Assembly (NCBI GenBank): GCA_965603825.1
Contig: CBFDEM010000009.1
Span: 248,001 to 312,000, forward strand
DNA length: 64,000 nucleotides
Direction of reading: 5' to 3'
Origin: Blepharisma stoltei ATCC 30299
Lineage: Eukaryota; Protista; Ciliophora
The notes beneath the pieces are model-generated. The model saw only the letters and a list, made by a program, of their open reading frames with translations. It did no database searches and was not told where the DNA came from. Shown here piece by piece: positions 58,801 to 64,000 of the stretch. The first letter of the stretch is position 1; each line of letters starts with the position of its first letter. Position numbers and translations under genes: made by a program.

Positions 58801-59471
58801 AACGCTTCTTCACTAATCCCTCCAGCTTCTTTATAAGCAGCCTGTAGTCTCGCAATAGCTTTGATCCCAGACCCTTCAATAATTTTTCCTGCATATAGCT
58901 GTATAGGAAGCTGAAGCAATGCTAATAAAGCAAGCTGAGTACTAACAAAAAATGCAATTACCCATGAGTTAATAAACATACAAATAGCATCAATAAGAAT
59001 CATAACTTTTTCTCCAGACGCTGATTCAATTGCAGCGCACTCCATATCAATAGATGCAGCCATTTGGACTGCGTTTTTCTTATCATAATATGATAGAGAT
59101 TTGTTGACTAAAGCTTTGAAATAGTTAAGTCTGAAATTTAATGATTGATCTGTACCAACTCTGATGTAGCAGGTAACTGCAATCATACCAATAAATAAAG
59201 CAGTAAATCCAAGTCCAAATAGTAATTTAGCTATACTCACTTCTGCATCATAAAATGTGTCTACATCTGATGTTGGGTCCATAGTATTGAAAATAAGCCC
59301 GATTTGGAGAGCTAAAAATCCTGGTAAAACTGCGTGACAAAGGGTTCCAAGTAATCCTATTACCATTAGAACGTAGTCAGTGTTTGTAGCATAACGAAAC
59401 ATCATTGATAGAGGAGCAATGTCTGGCTGCTTCTTTTCTCCTGATTTTAATAGTGGATCGCTTTCTCTCAT
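55851..59471 (-). CDS. Full-length ABCB (MDR/P-glycoprotein) transporter
   Basis: Two TMDs and two NBDs (GETGAGKST, GTTGSGKST, LSGGQKQRI, LDEATSALD). Confidence 0.95.
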   Translation of the reverse strand: MRESDPLLKSGEKKQPDIAPLSMMFRYATNTDYVLMVIGLLGTLCHAVLPGFLALQIGLIFNTMDPTSDVDTFYDAEVSIAKLLFGLGFTALFIGMIAVTCYIRVGTDQSLNFRLNYFKALVNKSLSYYDKKNAVQMAASIDMECAAIESASGEKVMILIDAICMFINSWVIAFFVSTQLALLALLQLPIQLYAGKIIEGSGIKAIARLQAAYKEAGGISEEALYEVKTVAANNAQERVARLYQEKLKPTLKMQTKDGFMFGVGWSVYYATLFIFQGVLFWVGAYLLEYDQDNWITGEPISPGFVVTVFFAVGVSSHQLGNALPAFQYITRARISIASIVPIIDEPVDEGGNMDATGIKGGIEFQDVDFAYPTNPAVLVLKKFNLKINPGQSVAIVGETGAGKSTIINLVQQFYKSCGGRILIDKTDIASYNIASLRTQMGLVSQEPILFNATIKENILVGKPYATDAQIIEAAKNAGIHEFISSLPQQYYTLVGPKGSQLSGGQKQRIALARAIIRDPKVLLLDEATSALDVRTEAAIQETINKIMPGRTTIMVAQRLSTVKKCDVICVLKEGKVQELGSHAELIQKDGIYATLVKMQQSSEEKLGLGKLEAEEAKSIRAPVGPAAQAAQLASASSLMARVFSMIIAYWQWLLLAFFAAILAGAVFPVFGFIFATNTIYLTQDESGDMPGDVLQNLPWLVLEAFLVVLSLTLLTGSLTRSTALFTYDMRFKGLRSFLYYDNSFFDSPANNPAVLSTRLSADCARINAIGGPVLGVQVLAIAAMVVALGIASQYSISLAFLVAICLPLIYIGQRKGRMAQIRGFAIVGHEKATAAASDAMMNLKTVHAYNYQNTCIKNYYQGALSVAEEAKKQAVTSGFYFGYMILVLYFTYGVSSWYGAYLVKEDGLSYEAMTLAFFTVMFATWANTMVGALTPDIDGGIAAARNLFRVIDYKPNIDASSDKGVIHPLTGSVEFDNVKFKYPAREVQVLKGLSFKLDPGRSLGICGTTGSGKSTVTQLLLRFYDITEGRILLNGIDIKAFNLTHLRDEIGWVGQEPTLFSGSLRYNLKFGNPGATDAEVLDACSQSQAYEFISKYEEGLERDVGLRGQKLSGGQKQRIGIARALIKKPKILILDEATSALDTATERKVQEAIEGMNITVISIAHRLSTIKYCDQIILLELGDVVERGTHDELMQLQGAYARLASA

Positions 59472-60267
59472 ATTTTTATAAATCCATTTTAAATTCAAAT
59501 TCAATTTATCCATGAATTTCCGTTAAAGTAAAAATGTCGCAAAAAATTTTATAAAAACTGGTAAGAATGCATATAAATGCAAATATCTCTTGTATAAAAG
59601 CTAAAGGAACTCATTATTTTCCATGCAATAACTAAATCAAGTTTAATAGGAAAAAAGAATCATTTTTATCAATTTATTTTACATTAAATTATCCTATATT
59701 TAAAATTCAATTTTATATAAAAATGAAGAATGAAGTGCTTAAAATTTTGCGGTAATATTATGAATGCAAATTTAGATTAATATCTACTTTTTATTTATAT
59801 TTTGAAACACTTTCATTTTTGAATAAATTTTTCATAAAACTAAGGCTACCTCAAAAATCATTTTATTATTAAAATTTTACTTGAATAAATCGGCTTCCCA
59901 ATTTATAATATTCATAATACTTAAATTCATATTATTGGGATTGTTTATTTTGGAAAGTATCCTATATATTTATATCTCTGACTTAAATAATTTTCATATC
60001 TTAAAACATGAATAATTCTTAATTTAATATATTAAGCTTCGAATGCCTAAACTTTCGAGCTATAATTTTGTAGTGAAGCACTATTTTCTGGTTCAAATCC
60101 TCTAAAATAAAATTAATCCTAAATTCAATGATTGTCTTCTAACTTAAGAAGACTTCTTATAAAATTTCATTGGAGATCTAATTTGGCTTCATTATATACA
60201 TAAAGTCTCAATGAGATTAGTTTACCCTCTCTACTATTTTTACCATAGTTAGCCAAAATCATTCTAA

Positions 60268-61581
60268 ATGGTAAAAAGGCCAAATTCCTTTAAAGAGCCT
60301 TTACCCACAAAGAAACCAAAACACAACCTTGCTGATGAAGAAATTCTAAGTGACGAGGCAGAAGATGATAATTTGGAAAACCAGGACGAATTCTTCGAGC
60401 CTGAAGAAAGTCCAGAAGAAAAAAGAATCCGTCTCTCCAAAGAGCTTATAAAGCAAGCAGAAGAAGCCTCAGGAAACAACAAAGAAGAAGTCGAAAATAT
60501 TTTAAACCAAACAGCTCTAGACACCAAAGGGCGACTTACTATCGAAATTGCTGATAACCTGAATGACCATTACGAAGCTAGCTTTGCCAAAGGCCATTTA
60601 CTCGGAGTCACCTGTATCGCTTTGATGCCAGACAACAAAAAATGCATCTCCGGCTCCAAAGACTGCTGCCTAATCATATGGAACCTTGAAACCATGCAAA
60701 AAGAGCACATTATAAAAGGCTTCAGACACGACAGAAAATACGGTGGGCACTTTGATGAAATCATGTGTGTCGCTGTATCAGACGACTCAAAATATATAGC
60801 AAGTGCAGGAAAAGACCGAATTGTAAGAATTTGGGATGGCCAAACCTACACGTCTGTTGAAAATTTCAAAGGGCATCGCGATACAGTCAATGCCATGAAA
60901 TTTTGCCCAAACTCACACATTTTGTTTACAGCAGCTTCAGATCGGTGTGTCAAGGTGTGGAACTTGGACGATATGGTTTTTATGGACACTTTATATGGCC
61001 ACCAAAGCTTTATATTTGATATTGACACATACCCAGGCGAAAAAGCAATAACATGCTCTTATGACTTATCAGTAAGACTATGGAAAACCTTGGAAGAGTC
61101 GCAATTTGTATATAATGGACATACACAAAGCATTGACTGCGCTAAAATCATTAATGCTGACCATTTTGTTACAGGAAGCCAAGATGGAAGTATTGGGTTA
61201 TGGAAAACAGGAAGGAAAAAACCTGAAAAATATTTCAAAGATTTGCATGGAGGGAAATGAATTACTTCGCTTGCAGTTTTGAAGAGAAGCGACTTGTTGG
61301 CATCTGGGAGTTCAGATGGGTGGATCAGGCTGTATAAAGTAAGTGAAGGAGAAATAGAACTTAAAGCAAGTGTAGAAGCATTTGGGTATATAACAAGCCT
61401 TGATTTTTCCAAAGACGGGAAATATTTAGTCGCTGGAGTAAGTCCTGACCATCGATTTGGAAGGTGGACTGAAACAATCAAGGTAAAGCCAGGAATTCTT
61501 ATTATTGACTTAGATCTCAGCGAAACACGTCAGGCTTTTATCAATCAGTTCCAAAACAAAGTTAATTTCGATAATATTTAG
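60268..61581 (+). CDS. RRP9: U3 snoRNP WD40 protein RRP9/U3-55K (TGA=Trp at 61258)
   Basis: ESPEEKRIRLSK, GSKDC.LI.W, F.DTLYGHQ, W K..EESQ.VY.G, GK-(TGA)-ITSL, HRFGRW. Confidence 0.88.
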
Positions 61582-61699
61582 CATTTTGTTTAAAATGAAT
61601 CTGAAATGGTTCTTTATTGTTTTTTGTGATAAATCTTTTAAATTATAAGCATTTAGGCCGATTGGGTTTAAAAAACGCATATCTCATAGTTATAATTAG

Positions 61700-63355
61700 A
61701 TGAAATATATATGCCTGCTTTTGCTTTGTCTCAATGTTTATTTAACTGCAGGATATGAAAAATCAACAAAACAAGCATTTTTAGAAGTAAGTGAAGATTT
61801 GGATGAAGATAGCTCAGATATTTCTGAAGGATCTAGTGATGAAGATTCAGATGAATTAAGCGATGGAGATGATTATTCTTATACTGATTATGATGAAATG
61901 GATTATCAAGATAGTGATGAATCAGAAAGTGAAGAAGACTACGACTCTGATGTCCTTGAAGATTATAGTTCTGAACCAGCAGAAGATGATGCAAGTGATG
62001 AAGATGAGCCAGAAGACAGCTCATCAGAGAGTACTGAAACTTCTGACGAAACTATCTCAGAATCCAGCACTTCATCTACTGAAAACACTGAAACTTCAAA
62101 TGAGTCTGAAAATTCAAGCGAAACTGAAACTTCAAGCGAAAATTCTTCATCTGATTCCAGTATATCAACATCTACAGGAACCTTAGCAGAAGGAGTAGGA
62201 ACAGTTAACAGCAACCTAGCAGACTTATCATCACAATTTAGTTCTTCAATGCAAACTCTAAATGATCAATTGGACGTCGCAATCAATATAAATTCTCAAG
62301 TAGGCGTTGCTCTTTTAGATAACCAAATTTCTGACCTTGAATATGAGCTTGAAAAAGTTAATGACGAAATAGACGACTTAGAAAAAGAATACGCTGACCT
62401 TACAGGGGAATGCGATTCTTCAAATACATGCACAGACTGTTTACAAAATTCTAATTGCATATGGTGCAGCTCGTCACAAGAGTGTATGGTAGGGGACGAA
62501 GATGGCCCATATAGTGATTCTTGTAGTGAATATGATTATAAAAAATGCTCAGATGGAGAATGTGGAGGATATGGAGACTGCACTGAGTGTTTGACTAATA
62601 GTTTATGTGGATGGTGTGAGAATGGAAGTTATTGCTTGGCTGGAAGTACAGATGATTCCGGCAGCTGCAGTTCGTCGTTTTATTACTATGAGCAATGCCC
62701 AGATGGTAGCTCTGATAGCGAAAATAGTTCAGAGGAAAATGAGGACAGTCAGGATAGTGAAAGCAGCACTGATAGTGAAGAAGCTGAAGAGCTGCAAGAA
62801 GATATAAACGATTTAAAAGAATATGCAGCTAGTCTTGAATTACAAATTGAAGAATTAGAAAATCAAAAAGAAGAACTTCAGAATACCGCATCTGAAGGAA
62901 CTAGCATTGAAAGCGATGGCACTGTTGTTGAAGACAATCTGCAAGGACTTGGCGAAGAAGTAGACAGCTTAGCAGAAGAAGAAAACGATGACTCTAGAGC
63001 TTATCAAGAATACCTAGCAAGTGTTTACAGTCAAACAATTATTGATTCTACTGATGAAGCTATTGATCAAAGTACTGATGAAATTGTTACTGAAATTGAT
63101 GAAAGCGAACAGGCAATTCAAGGTGATATTCAGAGCATGGACAATAGTTTAAGTAACCAAATTGATGATATTGATGACCAAGTCGTTGAAATTGACGAAA
63201 CACTTAATGAAGCAATTGACTCAACTGAAGAGTGGCAGCAAGAACAAAATGAAAGCGAGTCAGCTTCGACAAATTCAACGTCTGATGCTACAGAAACAAC
63301 TGAAGCTTCTGAAGATACAACTGAAACCACGACAGAAGATGAAGTGGCTGCTTAG
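61700..63355 (+). CDS. Secreted, very acidic protein with two PSI-like Cys repeats flanked by coiled coils
   Basis: Signal peptide MKYICLLLLCLNVYLTAG; C....TC.DCL....C.WC....EC twice; D/E/S-rich. Confidence 0.8.
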   Translation: MKYICLLLLCLNVYLTAGYEKSTKQAFLEVSEDLDEDSSDISEGSSDEDSDELSDGDDYSYTDYDEMDYQDSDESESEEDYDSDVLEDYSSEPAEDDASDEDEPEDSSSESTETSDETISESSTSSTENTETSNESENSSETETSSENSSSDSSISTSTGTLAEGVGTVNSNLADLSSQFSSSMQTLNDQLDVAININSQVGVALLDNQISDLEYELEKVNDEIDDLEKEYADLTGECDSSNTCTDCLQNSNCIWCSSSQECMVGDEDGPYSDSCSEYDYKKCSDGECGGYGDCTECLTNSLCGWCENGSYCLAGSTDDSGSCSSSFYYYEQCPDGSSDSENSSEENEDSQDSESSTDSEEAEELQEDINDLKEYAASLELQIEELENQKEELQNTASEGTSIESDGTVVEDNLQGLGEEVDSLAEEENDDSRAYQEYLASVYSQTIIDSTDEAIDQSTDEIVTEIDESEQAIQGDIQSMDNSLSNQIDDIDDQVVEIDETLNEAIDSTEEWQQEQNESESASTNSTSDATETTEASEDTTETTTEDEVAA

Positions 63356-63484
63356 ATGAGCTAATATATAATTATTTTTAATTCACCTAATAAAATGATT
63401 ATTAAATGGACTGAGCAATTATTTAATATAAGAAGCAAACTATGAGCTTTTATCCTTTATGAAATAGCAATGATAATTATAAGT

Positions 63485-63492
63485 AAAAAAAA
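63485..63492 (-). terminator. RNA polymerase III oligo-T terminator of tRNA-Tyr
   Basis: Run of 8 T on the minus strand directly after the discriminator base. Confidence 0.8.
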
Positions 63493-63575
63493 TCCGATCA
63501 CCCGGATTCGAACCGGGGACCCTGGGATGACTATTTTTCTACAGTCCCATGCTCTACCAACTGAGCTATAATCGG
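63493..63575 (-). tRNA. tRNA-Tyr(GTA) with a 10-nt intron (63529-63538)
   Basis: CCGATTATAGCTCAGTTGGTAGAGCATGGGACTGTAG-[AAAAATAGTC]-ATCCCAGGGTCCCCGGTTCGAATCCGGGTGATCGGA folds as a cloverleaf. Confidence 0.96.
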
Positions 63576-63658
63576 AGACATGCTTTTCTCCTATTTTTCA
63601 AATAAATACAATCCAACATTATCATATCTTCACACCCAATTAATAAATATCAATTACC

Positions 63659-64000
63659 TTAATTATCATCAGCCACTTTTGGTGCAAGAAAATACTTCAA
63701 TTCTCCCAAATCAAACACAAACTGTATCACAATTGGTACTTCTGGCGACAAAAATAGCACAACTTCCTCTGAAAGCATGGCTGCCTTATTAAATAAATTC
63801 AAATACCTGAGCGAAAAAGCCATATTTACATTTCCATTGACCCTTATAAATAAATTTTCTTCAACTTTATCTGAAACATTCCCCCTCATTGTTATGCATC
63901 CAGCGCCCACATTTCCGCTCACAGCAAATTTTATAGCTTCTTTATCAATAGAAATATTTAAGGTGTCAGTCACCTGTGTTAATTCTCTACAAATCTTCGT
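63659..64000 (-). CDS. PCNA: Proliferating cell nuclear antigen, 3' part (runs off the window)
   Basis: KICREL, KF.VSG.VG.G, FSLRYLNLFNKA..LS..V.L.LS..VP, G.LKYFLAPK. Confidence 0.95.
   Translation of the reverse strand, partial: TKICRELTQVTDTLNISIDKEAIKFAVSGNVGAGCITMRGNVSDKVEENLFIRVNGNVNMAFSLRYLNLFNKAAMLSEEVVLFLSPEVPIVIQFVFDLGELKYFLAPKVADDN

Noticed and set aside
60085-60105. GGTTCAAATCC B-box/T-loop-like motif
   Set aside because: No matching A-box, acceptor stem or anticodon arm; not a tRNA.
1-64000. CRISPR arrays, prokaryotic operons, transposases, telomeric repeats
   Set aside because: None seen; the sequence is eukaryotic and its repeats are explained by coding repeats and two segmental duplications.

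Overview
Gene-dense, AT-rich eukaryotic DNA with the signature of a heterotrich ciliate macronuclear genome, most likely Blepharisma. In-frame TGA sits at conserved Trp positions while TAA and TAG are stops, and spliceosomal introns are only 15-16 nt with an A about 6 nt from the 3' end. The supplied standard-code ORF track therefore fragments many genes. Re-reading with TGA=Trp and tiny introns gives about 40 protein genes (NDR, NEK and MAK kinases, CFAP299, OSCA/TMEM63, CDC50, AMPK-beta, TAF9, COMMD4, epsin, PACRG, TBC-EF-hand, SLP phosphatase, DNAJB13, CXC/tesmin, PDHA1, WDR70, REV7, CMC1-like, RPLP2, ABCB, RRP9, PCNA and others) plus an intron-containing tRNA-Tyr. Most notable: (1) a 78-aa microprotein missed by the ORF track, with Trp every 7 residues and a canonical LIR/AIM motif; (2) a TA-bounded 107-116 bp IES-like insert in an RBR ligase-like gene; (3) a REV7 intron that restores the frame only as a 17-nt GT..GG intron; (4) two ~3 kb tandem duplications with chimeric junctions, one with an exact 8-bp microhomology and one carrying a foreign, decayed Cys-rich segment and a TAF9 copy extended by antisense sequence; (5) duplicated FG-repeat/BTB-like genes. 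All protein identifications come from motifs recognised by eye; no searches were run.
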